Shown here: positions 26,653 through 40,300 of the stretch, one piece after another
Position numbering within the stretch: position 1 is the first letter of the stretch
Layout of the letters: each line of letters begins with the position of its first letter
Origin: the human T2T-CHM13v2.0 reference genome, Homo sapiens
NCBI GenBank assembly: GCA_009914755.4
Contig: CP068257.2
Coordinates: forward strand, 14,816,001 to 14,880,000
Reading direction: 5' to 3'
DNA length: 64,000 nucleotides
Program-made: the position numbers and the translations under genes
The notes under the pieces: generated by a model
Databases searched by the model: none
The model's input: only the letters and a program-made list of their open reading frames with translations
What the model was told of the DNA's origin: nothing

Positions 26653-28293
26653 CCAAGAGTTTTAATCATTACATTCATGCTCTACAGAGCACAAACATGC
26701 TCATGCTTTTATTCTAATGCTCATGTGCCCTTTGTCACTATCAGTGTTGCCAGTCTCATGTATGTATGAGAAGGAACAGAGAATGCCTTGCCACAGTGTA
26801 TCGTTACCAAATACACCACTAACACTCACTGTGTATAATAATGTTAAAGCAGTTAGCTATTTTTTTAAATTCTCTATTTCATCTATTTTCTGTTTCTTTT
26901 CCAGGACATCCATAAAAATTCATCAGAGAGCATTTTACTACTGAGCTGCAAAGGTAGGAAAAATAAATTTTTTTTGGTTAGAAAATATACTTCTTTCATC
27001 TGCGTTTCAATAATTTATTCCCCTTGTTAGATATACATGGAATTGATATTGCTTATTCTGACTAAGTGAAAAGTGTTATTTCTACTTACTGCTCAATTAG
27101 AAACATGTAGTGTTTAATTGTCAGTTTGAATTTTTCTTTCATACTATTACAGTTTATATTTTACTATAGGCAGAATTTCCTCTTTATCCTAAATTTTGAT
27201 ATTCTCCATAATTTCATCGTGCCTTGACATTGCTGTATATAATTTCTATACATCAGGAAGGCAATTCTGTGTGCATGTGTGTGTGTATATATATAGTTAG
27301 AAGTTAGAAACTGAAACTCTTTTTTGTCTACCATCATTTCATATTTTTCTTGCTATTTCAAACCTATAATTTTTAAAGAAACGACTAACGTAATCATTCA
27401 TAGAATATGCTGTCAGTAACTTAACAATATAAATGTTAACATGGAGGCATTTAGTTCAGCATTTGCTTTACTTAATAGAGTGCAGAAAATGTGGCCCTTT
27501 TCTCAGTTAGGGTGTATGTGAAGATAAATTTAGAATTTCTAGACTAGTAAATACTTCTCTGATAATAACTTAATTATAGCTATTTCAAACCAAATTGTTT
27601 AATTGTGGTGAATCATATGTAAATTGTTCAGATGTAGGTCAACACCCACGCCCACATTCTAGCACCTCTTTCCTAATTCAAGACAACTTTGCAGTGCCTA
27701 AAAGAGCTGAACAGTGCAGATTAGAGACATAAGACAAAAAAAAAAAAAAAACACAAAACAATGGTAACATAAAAACCAACCGTGTCAGAATGGTAACACA
27801 AAAACCAACCAGGAGTCAGAAAGTCTCTGTAATAATGAATAGGCAGGTTGTATTTATTTAGACTTTGCTTGATTATTTCTTAGGCTTTATATGTTTGTAG
27901 ATAACAGTTTCCTCACTGCTCACGAGATTTGTGGCAAGCAAACTCATGGTGCTTCTAGGATATTAAATTTTCTCATCTGTAAAGTACATGCAATAGCATC
28001 ATTATTGTCTACTCATTGAACTGAAATAAGGATTAAACAAATCAAGGACTGTAAAATGAACGTGTGACTCCTCAAATCCCATACGGGAAGAACATGCTGT
28101 TTTTCTTGATCTGGTTGAGTCAAAGATCACTGATGGCAAGAATGCCTTCTGTAGCTGCAGGTGAGGACAACTGAGATACGGTGCAATTGCAGAAAGTAAA
28201 TAAACTTTTTATTTTTTGAGCTGTTACATTATAGTTCTAATCTATGGATGCCTTTGTGATGCAGCATTGTATCATTTTCTGATGAATGGCTAA

Positions 28294-28731
<438 letters not shown>

Positions 28732-29908
28732 TAGGTGATTATTGCTGATGTTTTTGGTATATTGACAGAAAATAGTCTTGCTGCTTGTTGATGTATACTA
28801 CTTTTTGGCTTTAATGATAATAAAATTATAATTTTGCCTTAATATAAACTTAATTTTTATTGTCACTTATCACGAGAATTTGTTCAAGGATTTGAACTTA
28901 TATCTGCATATAATTTATGATTTTTGACATTTTCTAAAAATTAATTATCGAAAAAAGTGGCAATTGTTTATTTTAATTCTTAGAGGGGTAAAATAAATGG
29001 TGTATCCTTTGCGCTTCTTTCAATATGAGTATCTTTGTTGTTTTAATTATTTAAGATAAAAAAATAAGAATTACACTAAACATAAAATGATATATCCCTC
29101 AAAGTTAGCTACTACAAAAGTTTTCGTATTTATTCTTTCAGATTCTTTCTTTATATACAGAAACATCAATATCAATATGAGCATATAATGTTTCCATATC
29201 ATATATATGATCCTCTGGATTTTTTTTTGGTGTTTACCATTTTAATTATGGGCATTCTTCTAAGTCTATGTATGTTCTCTATTTCATCGTTTGTAATGGC
29301 TGCACATTAGTCAATATTTTGGATGTATCATGATTTATTTAATAGGTCCTCTAAGCTTTTGTTTAAAAAATAGAACTTTAAAATAGAATAAAAAGAGGCC
29401 TCTCTTAATTACAGGTTTGGCAGGCATACAAAAGAATAATTCTCACTTGTATACTGAATCAAGAAATTAAGGAGTAAAGAAAAAGTGTTACAGTAAAGAG
29501 TCATTGAAAATAGTATTGAGTAAGTGTGTATTAGTGGGCTGGGTAAAGGAAAGCTAATAATATAGATATTCATGCAAGTGTGTTGTAGGTGTGTAAAATG
29601 GAACAGCTACCCATTTCTTCAGAGTTTATCTCAAATGGCACCTCCTTCCATAAGCACTCAGAGACTTTTCCCTTCATTCCCACTCTCACCAGTTGTCTTA
29701 CATCGCTATAAAAATTCAGGGAAAAATAGACCTTTTCATGTTATGTCCCATGTACAAATTCATTTTGTATGCATCTTTTTTTTTCCTCACTAGGCTGTTA
29801 ACCCCTAGAGGGTAATGACTGTGTGTTATTCATCTTTGAACCTAATAGATGCAGAAAAAAATATTCATTCAATTAAATTGGAACAAAGTGTAAGAAAAGA
29901 AAGTAATC

Positions 29909-30229
<321 letters not shown>

Positions 30230-31492
30230 TTACACAGATTTTATAAGATGCCACTATATGCCTTGCTATTATGCCTGGAGTAAATTATAATCAATTCTCC
30301 TGATGGATGAGACACAAATAATATAAACACATGGGTTTGATATATAATGGAAATTATTTTAAATTGAATTTTAGTGATTTTTTGTGGTATTTATGTTCAA
30401 AAAGCATACCGACAAGTCAAGCATTTCAGAAAAATGTTTATAAATGTATGAAAAAGTTGTTTGTGTGGTGCTGAACTTGGATATATATTACTGCATATCA
30501 ATGTGAAAACATTGTGTCAGCTTCAAAGCATTGTGCATATGGAAGACATTATTGCTATTGTTAATACTGTAATAGAATTGCCTCTGCGGATTAAAAATGT
30601 AGATGTTTATGTACAAAATAGCAGCAATAAGTAAAAGAAGAAATTATTTATATGGATTCTATTAAATAAAAAGGGAGTACTGTTTTCAGTACTTTGTGTA
30701 ATGCAGATTGCTACTCATGCCATTTAAATCTCTGACATTGTCTTACCATTTGAATCATGCTTGAAAGAACCTGTGTCCACTTAGTCTGATTTCACTGGTA
30801 AAATAAATTAGGAAAAAAAACAAAAACAAAAACGAAACAGTGAACAGATGTAACGATTGCAATTTAATTTAAAGAAAAATTAGAAAATAGTGGAAGTAAA
30901 ATATCCCTTTGAAACAGAATGTAATGCCTAGTGAGTTCTTTTTCTTATCTCACTTGCAAAAGTCACTAGCTCCAACTCTGATTTCACATGCCTATTACTG
31001 AGCAGGTCAATAAGTCATTGGGAAGAAGGCGAGTATCTTGGTCAGTCTTTTCTAATTTATTTATTTTTTTTAGGCTGTTGCTGAGCTTTGTAAACCCAGA
31101 GGCTGAAACTTAGTGTTTCAAATGCATATCTTAGCAATGCTTTTTTGTTTTGTTTTTTTAAAACAACAACAACAACAACAAAAGCTCTGATCTCCTCATT
31201 GTTTTCTATTTTGCTAGGGATACAAATATAAGTACCTCTAGCCCCTATGGCATGCAAAAAAATGAGTGTAACAACAAATATCAGATAATAGAAAATGGTG
31301 GGTACTGAGGAACAGGTGATCGTATGGTTAACATCTGTGCTATAAGGGCTACTTCTAGAATACTATAATGAACATTCTAGTCAAATGTTCTGACAAATTG
31401 TGTGTTCCAGTGGCTACCACTTCTGAAGATTTAGGAAGTTGAGTATCGGAATTTTTATGTAAAATTTCATGATTTTGAATGTTGGCTCAAAG

Positions 31493-31552
31493 ATAGAAAG
31501 GAAAAAAGAAAGAAAAGGAAGGAAGGAAGGAAGGAAGAAAGGAAAGAAGGTA
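31493..31552. repeat. (GGAA)n/(GAAA)n purine-rich simple repeat
   Basis: 'gaaaaaagaaagaaaaggaaggaaggaaggaaggaagaaaggaaagaagg'. Confidence 0.9.
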
Positions 31553-31559
31553 GGTCGGT

Positions 31560-31930
31560 CAAGGACTAGGGACTAAATTATGCCCCCTGCCTTGCAATTC
31601 ATATGTTAAAGCCCTAACCCCCAATGTGATAGCATTTGGAGGTGGGGCCTACGTGAGATAATTAGGTTTAGATAAAATTATGAGGGATGTTCATGATTAG
31701 ATTATGGTCCTTATAAAAAGAGATACAAGAGGGCTTGTTTCCTTTCTCTTGTTTCCCACGTGAGGGTGGAGCAAGAAAGCCATTGTTAGCAGGCCGGGAG
31801 AATGCTCGCTGGGGTATCTCATTGGCCAATATCTTGATCTTGGACTTTCCAACTTCCAAAACTGAAAGAAAAAAAAAATACTGTTGCTTAAGCCACCTAA
31901 GCTATGGCATTGTGTTATGGAAGTCCAGCC
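31560..31930 (+). repeat. MLT1-type MaLR solo LTR
   Basis: '...aattcatatgttaaagccctaacccccaatgtgatagcatttggaggtggggcct.c.tgagataattaggtttagat...atgaggg...cttataaaaagagatacaagag.gcttg...cacgtgagggtggagcaagaaagccat...tcttgatcttggactttccaacttccaaaactgaaag...ctgttgcttaagccacctaagctatggcattgtgttatggaag'. These are the classic MLT1 landmarks, with no internal region. Confidence 0.6.
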
Positions 31931-32950
31931 TGCCTGGAAATAGCAATGACTACCATCTAATCCTTAGATTCCATTCGAGTTTTATGGGCTGTCCAAGTGA
32001 ATTCCGATGACTGTCCTTTAAGGTGTAAGAACTTGTTTCTGAGTGATGTGCGCTGTTTAGTAGTCATGTTTTATTAGTTTCTGTCAGTGTAGGAAAGTGC
32101 CACAGACTTTTCTTGAGTTTCTTGACCCTGACACTTTTGAAGATTACATGCCAGCTGTTCTGCAGAATGAATTTAATTTGGGTTTAATTCAGGGATCAGG
32201 TTTTATGCCAATTTGGATCCTAGTGTCTGGGACAGTGTCTGGCATAGAGATTGTGTTTCATAACTAATTGAGGAATGGATTATGATTGAAAATATCTATT
32301 GTGCACCTCTGAATCACCAGGCTAATGCTAAGTATTTCAAAACTTTCTAAATAAAAAAAATGTCAAAAATAGAAAACACACAAGTCTAAAATCAGAAAAG
32401 AAACCCTCAAAAACACAGACTCTGGTGTCTTCTCCTAGCAGCACTGGGATCTGTTCTTTAATGTATATAGTGAGCAGGCAGGTGCTAGCCACTGTGTAAG
32501 TGAATACTAGTTTCTTTAGAGCAGGGCTTCTGAAAGTGTGGTTTGTGGTCTGCTTCCAGGTCACAAGTTGTTTCAGATTCATGATGACATAAGAAGAGAA
32601 ATTGGAAATGAGAATTTAGAAATCTTTGAGCATTTTGACAAAATAATTTTGTTTTTGCTATCTAATAATTCCAAAACCATCTCACATTTTATCTGTATTT
32701 TTATTACACTAAGCTGATTATTAATTTACATTGTATTTTTCCATTGTATTGATCCATAATTGAGTGGAAATTTTAAAATGTAATTATTTACCACAGTTGG
32801 TGGCCATTCTTCATTGCTTTAGGGGGATTAAAGTAGAGTGGTGTAAATGTGATCTAGACCATGGTGGGATTTGACATAGACCCCAAAGAATGGATAAAAT
32901 CCACCTAGAACATAAAGTATAGAGCTCGACAATTTATGCACAATAAAATG

Positions 32951-33150
32951 TTAGAATATATGTGTATGCATATATGTGTGCATGTGTGTACTTGTATGCC
33001 TGTTTGTATGTGTGAACTTTCTTTTATGCACTGTTATCTGTGCACATGTACTCTTGTGTATGTGCACATATATCATACATGTGGGTGCACATGGGTGCGC
33101 ATATATATGTTTGCATGGGCATGTGTGTGTATTTGGGAATGTGCATGATA
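32951..33150. repeat. TG/CATG-rich low-complexity simple repeat
   Basis: Imperfect (TGTG/CATG/TATG) units throughout. The ORF track shows mirror-image Cys/His/Thr-rich junk ORFs on both strands. Confidence 0.85.
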
Positions 33151-33246
33151 TGTTCATAGAACTGGGTAATCATGATCTTGACTAGTTTTTTAGCTGTCCA
33201 GTTTTGGACATTAAATTTGAGGTGCCTGTAGAAGAAGAGAGAGGGG

Positions 33247-33546
33247 GCCGGGCACAGTGGTTCACACCTGTAAAGCCAGCACTTTGGGAGGCCAAGGTGG
33301 GTGGATCACGAGGTCAGGAGTTTGTGACCAGCCTGACCAACATGGTGAAACCCCATCTCTACTAAAAATACAAAAATTAGCCTGGCGTGGTGGCACATGC
33401 CTGTAGTCCTGGCTACTCCGGAGGCTGAGGCGGGACAATCGCTTGAACCCTGGAGGCGAAGGTTGCAGTGAACCAAGATCACGCCATTGCACTTGCACTC
33501 CAGCCTGGGCAACAGAGCAAGACTCCATCAAAAAAAAAAAAAAAAG
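33247..33546 (+). mobile_element. Alu SINE, sense, with poly-A
   Basis: 'ggccgggcacagtggttcacacctgtaaagccagcactttgggaggccaaggtgggtggatcacgaggtcaggagtt...cactccagcctgggcaacagagcaagactccatcaaaaaaaaaaaaaaaa'. Confidence 0.9.
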
Positions 33547-36500
33547 GAGTGAGAGAAGGTCAAACTGGAGAAATGTATGTATGTACTTTTGTATGTATGC
33601 ATACGTAATATACAGCTTATGCATATATCTCAAGAGCTCTGTGTGCCAGTTCTGCCTGTGCAGAATCATATGGAGGCTTTACTTTCTCATTTGTTGCTGT
33701 CACATTAATTTATTGCGTGAACATATCATTTGAAACTCCAGTAATTTGTCCCATATTTCAAAATGTAGTATGGACAGAGAAGAATGACATAGCTTAAAAC
33801 TGGTTCCAGACGTGTAAAAACATCTTGTGTCTCTACTACCAAAGCAAGGAGGAAAATTGTGCCGATTAAATGCCTGAACCTGTTTTGGTTTCAATTACCT
33901 GGATTATTGAGGCAGAAACAATCTTTGTGCCTGATATATGCTTATAATTGCCTTAGTCTTCAGCTTTGACTTGCTTTGGGAACATGCGCATGTTCTATTA
34001 ATACCATTGTTAGAAAGGAGAATTTATTTCCTTTTTTGATGGTTCCATAAAAGCTTTAAAATATATTTTACAATTCAGAGAACTAACATTTTATAAAGCC
34101 TCCATAATGGAGAATAGTATACGGAGCAAAGGGAAAAGAGTTAACTAGTATTCACTTCACAGTCATCATGTGATAGTTGAGTTACCTCTTACTCCTTTTT
34201 CACAACAAACGTTAGTGATTCAATCTTATCTGTAGTGACCTTTGAGCACCTTCTGATTTAAGACATCCACGGAAACCAAACACACTCTTGAATTCTCCAT
34301 ATATTAGGGTCAGTATTGTGAAGATCAAGCCTCCATTCAATTCAAGCACTTTCGAGTGAAGCTCAAAATGAATTAGAATCCATAGGAAGAGAAGACTCAC
34401 CTCTCTATCCCCCAACCACAACCTCAGCTTTTCTATTTAGCACCCAAAACCTAAGGACTTCAACTAAATGGAGATTTTTCAGCACAGACATTATTATACA
34501 CTTCATCCATAATACCTACTTAGTATTTTTATTTCAACTCAGTTAATGAAAAAGCCAGAATAGTAAGGTAGTGCATGAGTAAATAATGACCATCTCAAAA
34601 TACCTTTTTGGACCTTTTTTCTATGAAAGAAGTAGACAAAATTTATGTAATGACACTCCTTTTCCCTGCACAGTCAGTAAAATAGATGTCAAGTTTTAGT
34701 GGTCAGCATCACTTAAATATCTAAAATGTATAGAATCCAACATATATAAACCTAAATTGAGCACCTTAAAAATCAAAAATATTTAACATTCCTATTTCAT
34801 AAAACATGTAGGTAGTCTCCACCATTTATTTTGATCTACTAAAGTGTCTATTAATTTATGAGTTAAATCAAAAAGCATTGAGCATAGACTACATATTAGG
34901 CACTTTAGCAGGCTCTGAAGACTCAGTAGGTATAAGTTATATTATCTGTCCTAGAGGGAAGTGCATTATTCCTAACCTGGAGTGAAAGCTTCAGGTGTAG
35001 CCTCTCAGAGAAGGGAATGTAAAGGAAAAGATTTCAAAAGTCAGGCATTTGGTCCAAATGGATAAGGGAGCTCCGAGCATCATAACAAATAATAATGGCA
35101 CTTGAGAAATAGCAATACGATGTGTTTGAAATGTAGAGGGCAGGAGGAGGAGGGACAAGATAAGTAGGAACATGCCAGATCACAAGAGCTTTACATGCAA
35201 TAACAACTTTGAACTAAAATTTAAAGACAGCAAGGAACAAATGAATACATTTAAGAATGAGCATGAATTGATCAAATTTACATTTTAGACTGATATCTGG
35301 AAGTGTGTGCAATTGTGATAGCTGTGTAAGTTGATCAAGCAAGAAAGATAAAGGAAGAAGAGCATGGTCAAAGAAGAGAAGAGTGAGAAGATAGAGTTGA
35401 GTAGGTTAGCCAAGAAATGTATTTTAAATATCAAATTGACAGTACTTTACCATTCATGTGTGGTAGGTTAGCACAGCTGTAAATCTTAAAACTCCCAAAG
35501 GTTTGCAAGAAAAACTGGGTAGATGAAGGTGCCAATAAATTACTACAAAGAACAGATTTGGGGGATAGATGATTAGTTCAATTATGAACATATTGAGAGG
35601 TTGGTGTGTCTAGGGTATATTCAATTAGTTATTTAAGTAGATTGTTCTGAATAGACAAATCTGGTTTCTTTCTTAGAGAAACTTAGACTGTAATCATTAT
35701 AATGATATAGATGGAAGTTAATTCATTGATGTAAGTGGATTAATTCAGCAGTATGTATATGGCAGGAAATGAACAGAGCTTGAAACCTGGTAAGCCAGTA
35801 AATTACATAAAATTACAAATTCAGGACCAATGTGACAAAAGTCTCAACCATAATCTTAATGTCTTCGAATGTTAATGTGGGATGATTTCTTTAATAGATG
35901 CCTTGTATTTTTAAAGACAAAAATGCAACATCTAGGAAAAATATTTTTTAAATAAATGGACGAGTACCCAAATCTTGATCTTTGTCGTATTTCTGCAAAT
36001 CTTATTTTTCTTAAATCCACTTTTATTTTGACTTGCAAATTTTCAAATCAGTACTGTTCAAATATGAGTTTAAACATGAAAACATGATTAAAATTTTCTC
36101 AGCACTCAGGATATCACTCCTTCCTACCAGATTTTTTTGTTTTTTTATAATTTTATAGCACTCAACTTGCTTGAAGAACAGCCTTCTCAAAGTGTGCAGT
36201 TTTCAGTGATCTAACCCGGATACAGCAATGTTTTCCTGCATTAGCTCATCGGAAAGAATGCCAATGATATAAAAATAAATTGGAGCAAAAATAAGTTAAA
36301 TATTTGACCTTAATAACATATTGCTCAACTCTTATTATGTTTATGTCACCTTCATATGAATTATCATAATTGACAAATAAGAATGATTTTATTTTCTATG
36401 CTGTAAAACAAAGTTACAGTAAGGTTAAATAACCACAGAAAGAAATGCACTCTGAGAAGGTATTTTTTTCTTTGAGAATTCTACAGGTTTTAGGCAGTTA

Positions 36501-37192
36501 TTACATCATAGAAAATATACTTTAGGCCAATATTTTATTTAAGCTATTGTTAGACTTTTGATTAGATCTGTAAGCATTAGTGAGGTCTCTTTGGGGTCAA
36601 TATTAGTAAAGGAAAATGGAGTTGAGTGTAACAAAGATGAATCAATTTCATTGTCTAGAAGTCTTTTAGGATTCATTATCACTTGGATTTTATTATAGTT
36701 CATCATCATTGCCATATTATGCAAGCAAATCAATGAACTTTTAACAAAACCGGAGATAAAAACCTAATTACTTAATTTGATAATAGTTATTTTCTAATTT
36801 ATACTGCCAAAAAATTTATATCATATTTTATTACAGAATTGTCATTTTAAAATACATATGTTGAGTCATGTCCAAGTCATAAAGAAACATATAAAGCCTC
36901 TGTCTTTTATAAGTCATTTTTATAGTCACATTCAAAAACTGAATTTTTAAAAATTTTACAATACAAACAAAATAATATATTTTGAGATAATTTGAAGATC
37001 AGTCATAACTCATGAGCACATGGGATTGGTAGATCTTTTATTAACCTAAATCCTTACCTCATTCCCCTTCAAGTCCTATCCCCCTTCTCCCTTTAAGGAA
37101 GTATTTTCTTGACCAAACAGAACAATAGCTCTGACGTGTGTATGGCCAACAAATATCAAGAGCATTTGAACGCTTTCAAAAGACAATTAAAT

Positions 37193-37744
37193 ATGTTTGT
37201 TGGCCATTTGTATATCTTTTGTGAATTGCCTATTCATGTCCTTGGCCCACTTTTTGATGGGATTGTTTGGTATTTTTCTTGCTAATTTGTTTGAGTTCCA
37301 TGTAGATTCTGGATATTAGTCCTTTGTCGGATGTGTAGATTGTGAAGATTTTCTCCCACTCTGTAAGTCTGTAGGTTATCTGTTTACTCTGCTGACTGTT
37401 CCTTTTGCTGTGCAGAAGCTCTTTAGTTTAATTAAGTCCCACCTATTTATCTTTGTTTTTGTTACATTTGTATTTGGGTTCTTGGTCATGAGGTGTTTGC
37501 CTAAGCCAATGTCTAGAAGGGTTTTCTGATGTTATCTTCTAGAATTTTTATAGTTTCAGGTCTTAGATTTAAGTCTTTGATCCATCTTGAGTTGATTTTT
37601 GTTTGAGGTGAGAGATGATGATCCAGTTTCATTCTCCTACATGTGACTAGCCAATTATCCCAGAACCATTTGTTGAATAGGGTGTCCCTTCCCCACTTTA
37701 TGTTTTTGCTTGCTTTCTCAAAGATCAGTTGGCTATAAGTATAC
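37193..37744 (-). mobile_element. L1 ORF2 segment, inverted 5' part of a twin-primed L1 insertion
   Basis: Begins 'atatgtttgttggccatttgtatatctt...', the reverse complement of the ORF2 'KEDIYAANKHM' region, and runs through the antisense of '[40 protein letters not shown]' (ORF track 37513-37746, minus strand). Confidence 0.85.
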
Positions 37745-38539
37745 AAATGCCAATAAACATATGAAAAAAATGCTCAACGTCACTAATGAGCAGGGAAATG
37801 CAAATCAAAACCACAATGCAATACCACCTTACTCTTCCAAGATTGCCAGAATCAAGAAGTAATGGATGTTGGCATGGATGTGGTGAAAAGGAAACACTGC
37901 TACACTGCTAGTGGGAATGTAAACTAGTACAACCACTATGGAAAACAGTGTGGAGATTCCTTAAAGAGCTAAAAGTAGAACTACCATTTGATCCGGTAAT
38001 CCCACTACTGGGTATCTACCCAGAGGAAAAGAAGTCATTATACGAAAAAGATACTTGCACAAACATGTTTCTAGCAGCACAACTTGCAATTCCAAAAATA
38101 TGAAACCAGACTAAATTCCCATTAATCAATGAATAGATAAAGAAATTGTGATATATGTATGGAATACTACTCAGCCATAAAATGGAACAAATCAATGGCA
38201 TTCATAGCAACCTGGATGGAACTGGAGACTATTATTCTAAGTGAAGTAACTCAGAAATGAAAACCAAACATCTTATGTTCTCACTCTGAAGTAGGAGCTA
38301 AGCTATGAGAATGCACAGGCATGAGAACGATACAATGGACTTTGGGGACTAAGTAGAAAAGGGTGGGAGGGGGACAAGGGATAAAAGACTACAAATTGAG
38401 TTCAGTGTCTATTGCCCAGGTGATGGGTGCACCAAAATCTCAGAAATCGCCACTTACTCATGTAATCAAGAAGTTACTCATGTAACCAAATACAAACTGT
38501 TCCCCAAAAACCTATGGGAAAAAAAATTTTTAAAAGTAA
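37745..38539 (+). mobile_element. L1 ORF2 C-terminus plus 3'-UTR plus A-rich tail, sense part of the same twin-primed L1 insertion
   Basis: Begins 'caaatgccaataaacatatgaaaaaaatgctcaacgtcactaatgagcagggaaatgcaaatcaaaaccacaatg...', the region encoding 'ANKHMKKCS...[13 protein letters not shown]'. Continues to '...cctatgggaaaaaaaatttttaaaag'. 9-bp target-site duplication 'acaattaaa' at 37183-37191 and 38541-38549. Confidence 0.85.
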
Positions 38540-38892
38540 CACAATTAAAGAAAAAACTTTTCTAAAGGAGGAAATTCTCTTCTGCAAGAAATTTGACTTT
38601 ATTTTTATTAAATCTCAACATAATTTTTATTTCAGGTTCCCGTTTGTCCTCAAGGTAGTAAAAACCAGCCACAGTCAATTCAGGCTTTCTCCTTATTTTG
38701 CCTGATGTCTAGTCTAAGTTCTGGTAGGGGACCTCAGGTCCATTCAGTCATCTGTCTACTCAGTTATTCACCAAGGATTCCATGATTCCATCATCTGGTT
38801 CTTAGTCACTAATTCATGATTGTCATTTCTGAGAGGCTTCTTTCTCCCATTCCTATGGCCGTCCCAGGCCTACAACTCTCTTCATGTCAGTG

Positions 38893-38945
38893 CAAGACTC
38901 CGTCTCAAAAAACCAATCAACCAACCAACCAAACAAACAAAAACT
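38893..38945 (+). repeat. Alu 3'-terminal stub plus (CAAC/CAAA)n tail
   Basis: 'gcaagactccgtctcaaaaaaccaatcaaccaaccaaccaaacaaacaaaaa' has only the last ~20 bp of an Alu and an A/C-rich tail. Confidence 0.5.
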
Positions 38946-40132
38946 CTCTGATGCTGTTTTGGGCTTTACATACACATGCAACATGCCCATATTTAAGTTA
39001 AAGGAGGAGATTAAACAAAAATTATCTCCCTCCTCTTCTTCTAAACTATCAGATGTTGTTTTCAGGAGGACAGGGCAGGGGTCAAGAGAAGGTGGAACAG
39101 TATAGTTGTTTGAATGAATACTTAACAATTATGTCATTTAAGACGTATTTTTCACGAGTTTCTTGATGCAATATATAATTAAGATAAGTGTTTGCTTGTT
39201 TTAATATTGCTTTGATCTACTTTTAGCAAGAGACTTTTATCATATTTTTATGGAATATGTCTTTAATTTAGTATCGAAACATAAATCACTCCTTAAATTC
39301 AATTACTAACATATAATTCCAGCTAAGAATTTCAGGAGCAAAAAAAAAGTTTGTATTTTTAATGTCAAGAACACATTAAAATATAAATGCTTTTGATATC
39401 TTAGATTTAAAATAAGGAATTTGTGTATTCATGAAAAAGATAAAAATTTCCGAGAAGACTTTGACAATAAGTTACATGAAGAAAAGTAAATGTTCTCTTT
39501 AAAAATTAGATCTTTCCTTACATCCAAATGAATCAGCTATCTAATGTTTTTGGTTTTTTGTTTTTCTATTTGTGTACTCTACTTATATTATTATGAGAAA
39601 TTTGTGAGATTTCCAAATTTACCTCTCTCCAATATTGGAAATTCTCATAATGTTTAATGTCTGCTAATTAGATGAGTATTTAAAGTGTGTAATTTGTCAT
39701 TTTAAACTAGGTTTCTGTCATTTATGCTAATTAATGGTAAATTTTAAACATGTTTTACACCATTTTCTGTGATGGTTTTCTAGCCTCCCGTCTTTCCACT
39801 TACTGCCTCTAATCCACTACTTCCACAAAGCTCTCCTTACAGCACACTCTGACTGCATTGTGCAGAGAATATCAATGATTCCCAGTTATTCACAAAACAA
39901 ATTCGAAATGCATGGTCCAGATGACCTGTTCTTTACAGCCCAGTCCCAATGTCCTTTCTTGTCACTTAATTTCTCAACTCTTCCTCCCATGCCTTATAAC
40001 TGTGTCAAGCTGGTATAATTTTCAGTCCCTTTCCCTATAACTTTATTTTTCCCATTTTACTAATTGAAATCCTACCTATGGTTTAATATTTGGCAAATAT
40101 GCCCCAACATTTATGTAAAATTTTGTCTTAGT

Positions 40133-40300
40133 CTGTTCTGTGCTACTATAACAGAATACCATAGGCTGGGTAATTTATAATGAACAGAAATTAATTTTTT
40201 CACAATTCTGGAAATTCTAGAAAGTCCGAGATTAGTGTGCCAGCATCTGGTGATGATCTTTTTGCTCATCACGGTGGAAGGTGGAAAGAAGAGAGAGAGA
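40133..40300 (-). repeat. MLT1-type MaLR LTR 3' fragment, antisense, followed by a (GA)n run
   Basis: 'gtcttagtctgttctgtgctactataacagaataccataggctgggtaatttataatgaacagaaattaattttttcacaattctggaaattctagaaagtccgagattag...tcacggtggaaggtggaaagaagagagagagag' is the reverse complement of the MLT1 3' end, compare 31800-31930 in this window. Confidence 0.55.
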
